Positions 7,202 through 16,046 of a stretch of 35,237 nucleotides of DNA are shown here, piece by piece. How positions within the stretch are numbered: position 1 is the first letter of the stretch; every line of letters starts with the position of its first letter. This stretch comes from an uncultured virus (IMG/VR IMGVR_UViG_3300012361_000002) (taxonomy: Duplodnaviria > Heunggongvirae > Uroviricota > Caudoviricetes). Position numbers and translations under genes: made by a program. Where the stretch lies: IMG/VR virus record IMGVR_UViG_3300012361_000002, one strand, 5' to 3'. The notes beneath the pieces are model-generated. The model was not told where the DNA came from. It saw only the letters and a list, made by a program, of their open reading frames with translations, and made no database searches.

Positions 7202-7942
7202 ATGGTCGATTGGTCAAAGTACAATGTCGAATGTGCGGAATGCGGTGCCTATCTTTCCCGGATATTGTTCAGACCCAAAGATGGCAGGCGCATAGAGAGA
7301 TTTTTTTGCGATTTCCACTGCAAAGGACGATGGCAATCAAAGCAACATCCGGTTTCCAATGAGTGGCTCAGAGAAAAATACGTCGTAGAGGGTCTTGATT
7401 GTGTGCAGATTGGTAGACTCGTTGAGCGCGATGCGAAGTCTGTTTGGAATTGGCTCAAGTCAGCAGGCATTCCGACACGGCGGCGCGGCTCCGACAAACG
7501 GCAGCATTTTATAAAAGGGCAGAAAAATCTCTTCGAAGGACGGAAACATACCGAGGAAACAAAGCAGAAAATGCGTGAAATCGCTTTGGCAGATGGTCGC
7601 GTTCCATTCGATCCGGCCATCGGTTCTTACATGAAGGGGCGTAAGGGCGCGTCAACGCCCAGTTGGAAAGGCGGTATAACGCCGGAACGTCAGGCGTTTT
7701 ATTTGACCCGTGAATGGAAAGAAGCCGTCAAGGAAGTCTGGAAGCGTGCGGGTGCAAAATGCGAACGATGTGGAGTTGAACACAACACGTCGGAGCGGCG
7801 CGGGACATTTGATATTCATCATATCGTCAGTTTCGAGAACAGGACACTACGGGCCGTAGTGAGCAATCTGGCGCTGCTTTGTGAGCTTTGTCACATGTTC
7901 GTTCACAGCAAAAAGAACGTCAGCCGGGAGTTTCTAAAATGA
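7202..7942 (+). CDS. HNH homing endonuclease with NUMOD3-like motif
   Basis: GRKHTEETKQKM, PSWKGG, CERCG...IHHI...NLALLCELCH. Confidence 0.88.
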   Translation: MVDWSKYNVECAECGAYLSRILFRPKDGRRIERFFCDFHCKGRWQSKQHPVSNEWLREKYVVEGLDCVQIGRLVERDAKSVWNWLKSAGIPTRRRGSDKRQHFIKGQKNLFEGRKHTEETKQKMREIALADGRVPFDPAIGSYMKGRKGASTPSWKGGITPERQAFYLTREWKEAVKEVWKRAGAKCERCGVEHNTSERRGTFDIHHIVSFENRTLRAVVSNLALLCELCHMFVHSKKNVSREFLK

Positions 7943-8907
7943 CAGTACATGAACAAAAAATCACGGAGCGATATGCGATCTATTGTGGGGACTGCTGTGA
8001 GACAATGACTAAGTTTCCAAGTGAGAGTATCCATCTTTCATTGTACAGTCCTCCATTCGGCGGCCTATACCATTATTCGTCCAGCGACCGCGATCTGTCG
8101 AACTGCCGAGACTACGATCAGTTCTTCGATCACTACGCCTTCGTCGTGTCAGAGATTTGTCGCCTCACGTTGCCAGGTCGAATGACCGCGGTCCACTGCA
8201 TGGACGTGCCGAGCGGGAACAGCGGGACGGACTTCCTTATCGATTTTCCTGGCGACATCATTAGACTTCACGACAAATACGGATTCAAGTTCATCGCCCG
8301 CTACGCCATATGGAAGGAGCCGCTCGCGGTCCGCAACCGGACGATGGCCAAGAACCTGGCTCACCGCACCGTGGTCGAGGACAGCTCGAGGTGCAGCGTC
8401 GCGTCCGCCGACTATCTCCTCGTGTTCCGCCGCAAGGGTGAGAACAAGATGCATATCGCTCATCCGACAGGTTTCCTGGAATATGCAGGCGAACGTCAGC
8501 CTCCAGTGGACATCCTCAAGTACCGCGGATGGACTGGCAACCAGATCGAGAACCGCTACTCGCATTGGATATGGCGACAGTACGCCAGCGCCTTCTGGGA
8601 CGATATCCGCATCGACCGTGTGCTGCCGTTCAAGCAGTCGAGGGACGAGGAGGATGAGAAGCACGTCCATCCATTGCAGCTCGACGTGATCGACCGCGTG
8701 ATGGCGCTGTGGTCCAACCCGGGAGAGAAAGTCCTGACGCCGTTCATGGGCGTCGGTTCCGAGGTTTATAGTGCGGTGATGAACGGGAGACGCGGAATAG
8801 GCATCGAACTCAAGCCGTCGTACTTCAAGCAGGCCATGAAAAATCTTGCTGATATAGATGCTGCAAAGCATCGTCCGAAGAACCAAGACGAGCTTTTGTT
8901 TTCATGA
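7939..8907 (+). CDS. Amino-DNA methyltransferase (N4-C/N6-A, beta-class motif order)
   Basis: Motif IV SPPF, then HVHP, then motif I VLTPFMGVGS. Confidence 0.92.
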   Translation: MTVHEQKITERYAIYCGDCCETMTKFPSESIHLSLYSPPFGGLYHYSSSDRDLSNCRDYDQFFDHYAFVVSEICRLTLPGRMTAVHCMDVPSGNSGTDFLIDFPGDIIRLHDKYGFKFIARYAIWKEPLAVRNRTMAKNLAHRTVVEDSSRCSVASADYLLVFRRKGENKMHIAHPTGFLEYAGERQPPVDILKYRGWTGNQIENRYSHWIWRQYASAFWDDIRIDRVLPFKQSRDEEDEKHVHPLQLDVIDRVMALWSNPGEKVLTPFMGVGSEVYSAVMNGRRGIGIELKPSYFKQAMKNLADIDAAKHRPKNQDELLFS

Positions 8908-8937
8908 CAATCAGCAAGCCGCCGCCAGGAGTGATAC

Positions 8938-9222
8938 ATGTGCAAATACTGCGAGAAATTGCCGACTGCCGAGGAGATCGGGTTCAAGTCGGGTCACCGG
9001 ACAAGACAGGGGAGGGCGCTCGTCTACGAGGCCTTCCGGAAACGCGGGAAGCTGACCATTGATGAGATCCGTATGGTCGTCTGGCCAAACGGGGAATCCA
9101 GGAACGACAGCAGCATTAACGTATTCTTGTCCAGGATGGAGCAAGTCCTTGGGAAGCACGGTCTAACGATCTTGAAGGGCGTCGGTAAGGACAGCAGCAC
9201 CTACCGACTGGGGCCAGCGTGA
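8938..9222 (+). CDS. Stand-alone OmpR/PhoB-type winged-helix DNA-binding protein
   Basis: EIRMVVWP...SINVFLSRMEQVL...GVG...YRL resembles Trans_reg_C; AGGAG RBS. Confidence 0.65.
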   Translation: MCKYCEKLPTAEEIGFKSGHRTRQGRALVYEAFRKRGKLTIDEIRMVVWPNGESRNDSSINVFLSRMEQVLGKHGLTILKGVGKDSSTYRLGPA

Positions 9223-9362
9223 GACAGACGTTCGTCAGATTGGTGATTGGATCAATCTGTGCCATCATTGTCGTCGCCTTCGTCTATTTTGAGATGGGCG
9301 TATGGCGGGAATGCAGGCAGGCCAACTCTTGGTACTATTGCGCGAGGATACTAGCCCGTTGA
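9219..9362 (+). CDS. Small membrane protein
   Basis: GTGA-coupled 47-aa ORF with one hydrophobic stretch. Confidence 0.5.
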   Translation: MRQTFVRLVIGSICAIIVVAFVYFEMGVWRECRQANSWYYCARILAR

Positions 9363-9370
9363 GGTCGGTG

Positions 9371-9399
9371 TTGACCGTCACCGATTCGTCGCAATAGGG
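9371..9399 (+). promoter_or_regulatory. Putative sigma70 promoter
   Basis: TTGACC-17 nt-TAGGGT in the intergenic gap. Confidence 0.5.
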
Positions 9400-9431
9400 T
9401 CGCGCATTCTACCAAGAATGGAGAAGGCGCG

Positions 9432-9623
9432 ATGTCAGACATGTATGAGGTGTGCTTCGATGAGCGGGCGTCCTCTATCCCCAGCAGGTTCATGCGCAAC
9501 CTATCGACTCGCGGCCATGCCGTGGTAATTGCCAAACAGTTCTGTCAGGAGGATGCCACGAGCGTCGAGATATCCCACCTAGCTGATGCCATTCTAGCGC
9601 GCAAGCGCAGGCTTGAGGCATGA
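9432..9623 (+). CDS. Hypothetical protein
   Basis: GGAG RBS; coupled to the next ORF. Confidence 0.65.
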   Translation: MSDMYEVCFDERASSIPSRFMRNLSTRGHAVVIAKQFCQEDATSVEISHLADAILARKRRLEA

Positions 9624-9877
9624 TGGACCAGATCGACCATCTCGAACAGATCGCGCTGCTAAAGCGGACCATCCGCGCGCAGATCAACGCGTCCGTTCAG
9701 GATGGTCATCTATGTGGCGAGCAGATCCTGGGCATTCTCATGAGCCTGAGCGCCGAGATCATCGCCAGCGTCTCCGACGACAAGATGCGCGGCGAGTTCG
9801 TCGACATGGTGGTGTCCCAGTTCCCGGACGCGGTCATGTTCGAGCGCGAGGTGCCAGGCGAGGTGACTTGGCAATGA
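9620..9877 (+). CDS. Hypothetical protein
   Basis: ATGA-coupled; GC3-rich codons. Confidence 0.75.
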   Translation: MMDQIDHLEQIALLKRTIRAQINASVQDGHLCGEQILGILMSLSAEIIASVSDDKMRGEFVDMVVSQFPDAVMFEREVPGEVTWQ

Positions 9878-10101
9878 TTACCGACGAAATCGATAAGCTG
9901 AAGAACCTTCCATCCCTTGAGCAGCAGGTATGCGGGTCATGTCAGTTCTTTCGAGAGAGAGGCAGTTATCTGGACCTCAGCAAATGTCTTGCCGTTGGCA
10001 GTCGTGACGCTCATGAAGCGTGGCTGAAAATATGTAAGGGCAACCTCTGGCAACCGCGGCCGTCGATCTGGAGACGCTTCAAGCGCTGGGCATGGCAATG
10101 A
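9874..10101 (+). CDS. Small Cys-rich protein
   Basis: ATGA-coupled; CGSCQFF...C...C. Confidence 0.65.
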   Translation: MITDEIDKLKNLPSLEQQVCGSCQFFRERGSYLDLSKCLAVGSRDAHEAWLKICKGNLWQPRPSIWRRFKRWAWQ

Positions 10102-10328
10102 AACAGCTCAGCGATCGCGAGGAGTTGGTGCTACTGCTGCGCGAAATCATGCGGTGGGAGAAGCGCAACCGTTCGTTAGTCGGTCTAGCCTATGATGCAG
10201 GTATCGATCGATACGAGGAGTGGGACGACCTTTCCGACATCCTCAACCGCGCGCACGTCGCCATCAGCACGGACACCCGCAAGCGCGTGAGGCAGAGACC
10301 GCAGAAGCCGGTGTTGACCGCGCGCTGA
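10098..10328 (+). CDS. Hypothetical protein
   Basis: ATGA-coupled. Confidence 0.65.
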   Translation: MKQLSDREELVLLLREIMRWEKRNRSLVGLAYDAGIDRYEEWDDLSDILNRAHVAISTDTRKRVRQRPQKPVLTAR

Positions 10329-10369
10329 CATCCGGTTTTGTATCGGAATCGTACCGATGGAGAACCGCT

Positions 10370-10546
10370 ATGATCCAAGCACTCATCGCGACAATCGTTG
10401 AGTTGGTGTCATTGATGTTCGCGATATCAGCTGGATTGTTTCTTGAAAAAGCACAGTCCGATTCTACAAATTATCCGAAGGCAACGACCTGCATTGTCCT
10501 GATGCTGATAATGGCCGCGTGCGCATTGGGAGTGGCAGCCAGATGA
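10370..10546 (+). CDS. Small membrane protein
   Basis: GGAG RBS; two hydrophobic stretches; coupled to the nuclease. Confidence 0.6.
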   Translation: MIQALIATIVELVSLMFAISAGLFLEKAQSDSTNYPKATTCIVLMLIMAACALGVAAR

Positions 10547-11538
10547 CCGGCGCACTCATTCCCCTAGGTCTGCACTTCGGCTTGCCTTTCGAGCAATACC
10601 TCGGTGACCCCGGGTTGGGCTCCGGCGACATCAAGGATTTATTTACCAACCCTTCCACCTATTGGTGGAAGTCGGAGATGAACCCGAAACGTCCCAAGCG
10701 CAAGGAGAAGCCGCACCACGTCATGGGGCACGCCCTTCATAAGCTCGTCCTGGAAGGCAAGGATGAGTTTGACGAGGTGTTCCTGCGTGGTCCCACCGTT
10801 GACGATGCGCTGTCGTCTGGGATGAAGGGCGTCGCCACCAAGGCTGCCAAAGCCGAGGCGAAGAAGATCAACCGAGTCATGCTGAAGGCTGACGAATACG
10901 ATGGCATCGCGGAGTGGGCAGGAGCGATCCTCCGCAATCCTTTCCTCGCCGAGGCGTTCAGGGGAGGGTTCGGCGAGGTGTCGGTGTTCTGGGAGCGCGA
11001 GGGAGTACGTCTCAAGGGCCGGTTCGACTATCTCAAGATTATGGAGCGTTCCGGCTACATGCTAGCGGCCAACGGTGATCTGAAGACTGTTGAGAACATC
11101 TACGACGACAACTTCAAGCGAATCTGCCGGCAGGCGATCGAGCGTTACCACTACGACGCTCAAGCCTCGCACTACATCGACGGTCTGGCACATGTCCCTA
11201 GGATGGTCGACGCTGGTACGTTTTATGCCCACGAAGGACCAGTTCCGTCCGAGGAGTGGTTAGATCAGTTTCTGGCCGATAACATCCGCTACGCCTGGCA
11301 ATGGATCTTCGTCCAGAAGAACGGATTCCCGACGACGTGCTCGTTCTCGATGACGCCGGGGATGGACGGCGCGCCTGGCAGCGCGATCTTCGAAACCGGC
11401 GCGGCCAAGGTGAACCGCGGACTCCAGAATTACATAAACTGTATGGATAAATTCGGGTCAGACAAGCCGTGGGAGGAGTTCGAACCGCCCGAGGAGCTGA
11501 TGGCTGAGGAAATGGGCTACAACTATGGGAGGCGGTGA
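10543..11538 (+). CDS. RecE/exonuclease VIII-like PD-(D/E)XK nuclease (DUF3799-like)
   Basis: GHALHKLVLE, EVSVFW, KGRFDYL, DLKT and YDAQASHY motifs. Confidence 0.88.
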   Translation: MTGALIPLGLHFGLPFEQYLGDPGLGSGDIKDLFTNPSTYWWKSEMNPKRPKRKEKPHHVMGHALHKLVLEGKDEFDEVFLRGPTVDDALSSGMKGVATKAAKAEAKKINRVMLKADEYDGIAEWAGAILRNPFLAEAFRGGFGEVSVFWEREGVRLKGRFDYLKIMERSGYMLAANGDLKTVENIYDDNFKRICRQAIERYHYDAQASHYIDGLAHVPRMVDAGTFYAHEGPVPSEEWLDQFLADNIRYAWQWIFVQKNGFPTTCSFSMTPGMDGAPGSAIFETGAAKVNRGLQNYINCMDKFGSDKPWEEFEPPEELMAEEMGYNYGRR

Positions 11539-11936
11539 TGCGCGCGCTGATCATCGACGATGAAGCCAAAGCAACGGCGGCACGCATCCTAGCCTACGCG
11601 GACACGCATCACTATCACCCCGGTCGTCCCGGTCAGATGACGCCCGGCGATGATCCGAACTTCGTCGCTCATTTCGACACCTACCTGGCGGTCTTCTCCT
11701 ATACGCACGCCGACGGGATCGTGTACCGGCATCTGTCGGTATCGGTGCCGGGATCGAAATATCCCAATCCATTTGCGGCATTCACGATTGCCGAAATGTT
11801 CGGTTTCACCGGGTGGAACCAGCGCACGGTCGAGCCGCCGCCCGAAGGCTGGCAGATCGATGTGAGCCAGCGGGAACACTGCATCGTGCTCGCCCAGGTC
11901 TGCGGTCACGACCATCTCCGCAGGGAGGCGCATTAG
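11535..11936 (+). CDS. Hypothetical protein
   Basis: Overlap-coupled 133-aa ORF with RHLSVS. Confidence 0.75.
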   Translation: MMRALIIDDEAKATAARILAYADTHHYHPGRPGQMTPGDDPNFVAHFDTYLAVFSYTHADGIVYRHLSVSVPGSKYPNPFAAFTIAEMFGFTGWNQRTVEPPPEGWQIDVSQREHCIVLAQVCGHDHLRREAH

Positions 11937-12187
11937 TGGGCAAGCCAGGCAACTGGAAGGCACTCCAGAACAAGAAGAAGTCGGCCGTGGCGATGAGGCA
12001 GGGCTTCGACACCGCCGGGGCTCTGAACCGCACCGGTGCCGGACCCAAGAAGGGTCACGGCATGATCAAGGAGGAGTTGCGCGCCCAGGCCGCGGCGGCG
12101 GTCGCCAATTTCGCCGGCGAGGTCAGAAAGGTTCCCACGATTCTGCCCGGCGATAGCCGCAAGACGAGGTCCAACAGGGAACTATGA
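11936..12187 (+). CDS. Basic hypothetical protein
   Basis: GGAGG RBS before GTG at 11936. Confidence 0.65.
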   Translation: MGKPGNWKALQNKKKSAVAMRQGFDTAGALNRTGAGPKKGHGMIKEELRAQAAAAVANFAGEVRKVPTILPGDSRKTRSNREL

Positions 12188-12220
12188 GCGCGCACTTCGA
12201 ATACATTGCAAGGACTGCTG

Positions 12221-12442
12221 ATGATGGCCGTGTCACGCAAAAATATCCTGCAATTGGATGCTGGCGTCGGCAATACGATCCATTTCACGAAGATGGAGAA
12301 TGGCAACCTGTACGTGGAGATCGAGAACGAGTGGGCCGGATCGACAGAAACGGGATTCGGCGCGACGACGTCGATCACGCTGGACCCTTCAGACATCGAG
12401 ACCTTCCTGGAATGGTTGAGCGGTGTTGACGCCGCCGGTTGA
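12221..12442 (+). CDS. Hypothetical protein
   Basis: AGGA RBS; globular-looking acidic product. Confidence 0.6.
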   Translation: MMAVSRKNILQLDAGVGNTIHFTKMENGNLYVEIENEWAGSTETGFGATTSITLDPSDIETFLEWLSGVDAAG

Positions 12443-12599
12443 ACCGTTGTTTGCTTGATCTAAGGTCGCCGCGTCCCAGCAACAGCCGTTTGCGTTTCCT
12501 GAAGGGAGGTCAACCGGGATTCATCACGCGGCTGAATGCGTGGCCCTCAGCAAGTTACCGGGGACGGGCGACCTGCCCAACAGATGGAGAACCGCCACC

Positions 12600-13805
12600 A
12601 TGACCGACCAGTCCACCGAGCGCGGCACGGCGCTCATCGAATCCAAGCTCGACCGCGAGCGCACGGCATTGATCCCGATGGGGCAAGGCGCTGGACAACC
12701 CTATGGGATAATCTTCAGGAACGTCGGCGAGATCATGGAGTGGGCGAAGATGATGGCGCTCGACCCGACGATGCCGAAGCACCTGCAGGGGAAGCCGGCC
12801 ACGTGTCTGCACGTCGTCAGCGACGCGCTGGGGTGGCGCATGGACCCGTTCAAGGTGGCGCTGCTGTCGTTCGTCGTCAGCGGGACGCTCTGCTACATGG
12901 CGCAGATATCCACCGCCGTCATCAACATGAAGGCTCCGATCAAGGGGCGCATCAAGTACCGCCACGACGGGGAGGGGGACAGGCGGCGGTGCACGGCGTC
13001 GGCCACGTGCTTGCATGTGGATGATGAAGAGGTCGTCGAATACACGACGCCGGAGGTCGGCAAGATCAGCCCCAAGAACAGCCCGCTATGGAAGACCGAC
13101 CCCGATCAGCAACTCTGCTACTACGCCGGACGCGCGCTGTGCCGGCGATACTTCCCCGACGTTCTGCTCGGCACCTACTTCCGCGACGAGGTCGTGGACA
13201 ACCCGAAGATGATCGAGCACCGGGAGTACGAGCGCATCTCCAACCCCCTCGGCGGGAACGGGGAGGGGGTACCGGACAAGACCGCCGGAACGGTAGAGGA
13301 GTGGAACGGTGGTATAGTCTCCGGACCAGGGTGCGTCGGAGCAAGCCGTAGGGAGCCCGCTGGTGAACCGGATGTCGAGACGGTTAGTAACCAGCCCAAG
13401 GACCAGAAAGCCTCTCCTGGGTCTCCTACCAAGGCTGGCGGGCCTACGGAAACCCATATGTCATCCGGGACCAAGCGGGCACCCCGGAAACAGACCCGTC
13501 CCGACGAAGGGACGGTAGCGGAGGGAACCCGGAAGACTACTGGTGATGGGAGCGACATGTCCAGTAGCGTGTCGTCCCCTCCGCGCCTCGACACATGGAC
13601 AGCAGCGTTCCCGACTCCGTGGAACCGGCAGAGTTCGGCCAGCTACGTTGGATACGCGCTAGTCTGGATGGATGCTGCCCCCAGCCAGGAGCGCGCCAAA
13701 GAGCGCTGGAACACCGAACGCGCCATCCGCAACGGCCTCGCCAACCCTCTCGACAAGGAGCAGATGGCGGCGTGCCAGGATGCGCTGGGGAAGGTTGGAT
13801 CATGA
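12600..13805 (+). CDS. RecT-like single-strand annealing protein with long low-complexity linker
   Basis: MPKHLQGKPATC...WRMDPF...NSPLWKTDPDQQLCY...RRYFPDVLLG; GGAG RBS; RecE-like gene nearby. Confidence 0.88.
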   Translation: MTDQSTERGTALIESKLDRERTALIPMGQGAGQPYGIIFRNVGEIMEWAKMMALDPTMPKHLQGKPATCLHVVSDALGWRMDPFKVALLSFVVSGTLCYMAQISTAVINMKAPIKGRIKYRHDGEGDRRRCTASATCLHVDDEEVVEYTTPEVGKISPKNSPLWKTDPDQQLCYYAGRALCRRYFPDVLLGTYFRDEVVDNPKMIEHREYERISNPLGGNGEGVPDKTAGTVEEWNGGIVSGPGCVGASRREPAGEPDVETVSNQPKDQKASPGSPTKAGGPTETHMSSGTKRAPRKQTRPDEGTVAEGTRKTTGDGSDMSSSVSSPPRLDTWTAAFPTPWNRQSSASYVGYALVWMDAAPSQERAKERWNTERAIRNGLANPLDKEQMAACQDALGKVGS

Positions 13806-14041
13806 GCCTGAACCATCTCTTCACAAACAAAAATCAGCGCGTCGCAGTCGTGGCTGGCGTCATCATGCACGCGTCCGATCGGGGATCAGGATGTCCAGCC
13901 TGCGGCTATGAGGGGTTCGGCACGCAGTGGAACAAGTGCCTCGCGCTTGCAGAGTCAATCGTCAACGACCTGGATGCTGTCGAAAGCGAATACTGGAGGC
14001 AGGATAACATTCGAAAACGCGACGGGGCGCAATCGACATGA
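13802..14041 (+). CDS. Hypothetical protein (CPAC)
   Basis: ATGA-coupled. Confidence 0.6.
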   Translation: MSLNHLFTNKNQRVAVVAGVIMHASDRGSGCPACGYEGFGTQWNKCLALAESIVNDLDAVESEYWRQDNIRKRDGAQST

Positions 14042-14205
14042 CCGCGGCCAGGATCTACGACATTAGGTGCCGCGACCTCGCCGACGCGTTTCTCGTTGAC
14101 TACAAGGACCTCACCGATAAACGACGCCGTGAGTTGGCACACATGCTGGCGCTCGATATCCAGACGGCGGTCGATGAGTTCCTGGAACATGAGGTGTGGT
14201 CATGA
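14038..14205 (+). CDS. Hypothetical protein (not in ORF track)
   Basis: MTAARIYDIRCRDLADAFL...DEFLEHEVWS, ATGA-coupled at both ends. Confidence 0.65.
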   Translation: MTAARIYDIRCRDLADAFLVDYKDLTDKRRRELAHMLALDIQTAVDEFLEHEVWS

Positions 14206-15020
14206 CAACGCTCATCCGATGCGTCGACGTGGAGACTACTGGGATCGATCCTGCGGTTCACCGCGTCTGCGAGATCGCGACGGTGGACGTGATCATCAGC
14301 AAAAATAAGCTTCCAGACATGGAAAGCGGCGGTAGCGTCATAAAGGATAATGCGCTGATGACGGTCGAGCGCGGCGCGATGTGGTCGTCCATTATCAACC
14401 CGGGTATACCTATTCCGCCCGAGGCCAGCGGCATCCATGACATCACCGACGAGATGGTGAAGGACGCGCCGTCTTCCGGAGATGTCCTCATGCATATCGC
14501 TGCGATGGATCCGCCGGACTACTATTGCGCCCACAACAGCCGGTTCGACAGCAAGTTCTTTATGCCAGAAGATGCGGTATGGCTCGACACCTATCGCATC
14601 GCGCTGTGGCTGTGGCCGTCCGCGCCAGAGCACAAACTCGCGACGCTGCGGTACTGGCTGAAATTGAAATTGGAAAGCTTCAGGGATGCGCTCGATGCAG
14701 TCGTGATGGCATACGGCAGGGAATATCTGCCATTGCGGCGAGGACATCTCGCTATACTGGACGCCTACATCTGCGCCGCCGTCCTGCGCCGCGCGTTCAT
14801 GGCCGGCGCGACGATCGAGCAGATGGTCGAGGTGTCCAGCCAGCCGGCGCTGCTGCCGAAGTTCTACTTCGGCAAGAACGCAGGCGTTCCGATAGAGAAA
14901 ATTGATGGTGGCTATCTAGACTGGATCATGTCCCAGCGCGGCATGGACGAAGACGTAACCCATACGGCGTTTACTGAGCTTCAGAGGAGGCGCAACCTTG
15001 AGCGACTTCAATCCTCATAG
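14202..15020 (+). CDS. DEDDh 3'-5' exonuclease (exonuclease X-like)
   Basis: DVETTG, AHNSRFD, HLAILD; C-terminal FGKNAG..I...YLDW tail. Confidence 0.9.
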   Translation: MTTLIRCVDVETTGIDPAVHRVCEIATVDVIISKNKLPDMESGGSVIKDNALMTVERGAMWSSIINPGIPIPPEASGIHDITDEMVKDAPSSGDVLMHIAAMDPPDYYCAHNSRFDSKFFMPEDAVWLDTYRIALWLWPSAPEHKLATLRYWLKLKLESFRDALDAVVMAYGREYLPLRRGHLAILDAYICAAVLRRAFMAGATIEQMVEVSSQPALLPKFYFGKNAGVPIEKIDGGYLDWIMSQRGMDEDVTHTAFTELQRRRNLERLQSS

Positions 15021-15049
15021 CCATCTCCTCGTGTTCCAGGAGGACAATC

Positions 15050-15250
15050 ATGACAACGTTGAAGATCGGTCCGCGGGAACAGCAACTTCGGACCCAGCGC
15101 GAACAGCAGGTAAAGGAGCACGGGGCCAAGCCGAAGACGGGACGCCCGCGCAGCCGACAGAGCAAGGCCATCCCCGAGGAGGACAAGCACTGGAGGCAAC
15201 AGCTCCGTGCCGTCAAAGCCAACGCAGGCAGGAAGGATCGCCGAAAATGA
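15050..15250 (+). CDS. Basic hypothetical protein
   Basis: AGGAGG RBS. Confidence 0.7.
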   Translation: MTTLKIGPREQQLRTQREQQVKEHGAKPKTGRPRSRQSKAIPEEDKHWRQQLRAVKANAGRKDRRK

Positions 15251-15360
15251 GAGCCAACCCTGATTTGATGATTGTGATCGGCTATTGCGGGCTAGTCCTA
15301 TTCTCGGGCTGGACAGCAAGCTATATCGCTGAAACCTTCGAGGAGATTTTACGCCGATGA
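15247..15360 (+). CDS. Small membrane protein
   Basis: ATGA-coupled at both ends; hydrophobic. Confidence 0.55.
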   Translation: MRANPDLMIVIGYCGLVLFSGWTASYIAETFEEILRR

Positions 15361-15764
15361 AACCGGTTCTCAAACGCATCATGATCTTCCTCGCGCTCGT
15401 CATCGCCGCGATGCTCATCATCATCGGCGTGGCCTCCGTCGGCCGCGCGGCGGAGTGCCTCCCGAGCGCTCGCGCCGTGTGGGCGGCGCATCCTGGTTCT
15501 CACGCCACATGGAACATAGTCGACGATGTGAAGTGCTATCGCGTCGGCTACGGCCGACATCATTCCCGTGCTGGAGCAAAGCCATCTCTTGCATCACCAA
15601 CGAAGGCGTCTGCTAGCCACGCCAGCGCGATGCATGGGCTGAACAGCGGGTTCGATTCCCGCGACGGGAGCCACCCTTTTCGCTGGAAGAACTCCGAGCA
15701 CGCCAAGCTGTTCGAGGAGTTCGAGGACTGGCGGATTCGGCAAGCGATAGGAGGATGGAGATGA
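15357..15764 (+). CDS. Exported/membrane-anchored protein with an internal tRNA-like element
   Basis: N-terminal signal/TM segment; ATGA-coupled at both ends. Confidence 0.65.
   Translation: MKPVLKRIMIFLALVIAAMLIIIGVASVGRAAECLPSARAVWAAHPGSHATWNIVDDVKCYRVGYGRHHSRAGAKPSLASPTKASASHASAMHGLNSGFDSRDGSHPFRWKNSEHAKLFEEFEDWRIRQAIGGWR
15564..15673 (+). ncRNA. tRNA-like element inside a CDS
   Basis: TCCCGT/ACGGGA acceptor-like stem, T arm GCGGG-TTCGATT-CCCGC and G-CCA end. Confidence 0.55.
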
Positions 15765-16042
15765 AGATTTACCTCACACTGCCATACGATCCGGATGGGA
15801 TCGAAGAAGTAGAAACAACTGAAGATCCGAAGGACGATAGCCGCCTCGCCTTCATCAAGAATGGAACCTATTACACAAGCCAATGGTGGTATCGCGAGGG
15901 CGTGACGTGGCATCGAACGGAAGAGGCTGCGCTAAATGCCGCTCGTAAATTCCGCGAAGATTGGATCAAAGAGACTACGGCGGAAGCGGCACGTATTGCT
16001 AATTTTCCATCAATTATAGAGCGGGGCGCACCTGGCAGGTAA
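15761..16042 (+). CDS. Hypothetical protein
   Basis: AGGAGG RBS; coupled. Confidence 0.7.
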   Translation: MKIYLTLPYDPDGIEEVETTEDPKDDSRLAFIKNGTYYTSQWWYREGVTWHRTEEAALNAARKFREDWIKETTAEAARIANFPSIIERGAPGR

Positions 16043-16046
16043 TGCC

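Noticed and set aside
12184..12429. 81-aa ORF coupled to the upstream stop
   Set aside because: The overlapping frame 12221-12442 has an RBS and more protein-like composition.
13360..13550. Hammerhead ribozyme or group I/II intron in recT
   Set aside because: CTGGTGA differs from the CUGANGA core, no intron consensus elements were recognised, and the frame is uninterrupted.
15564..15673. tmRNA or a functional tRNA
   Set aside because: No Ala-type acceptor (G3-U70, ACCA end), no tag frame, and no canonical D or anticodon arm.
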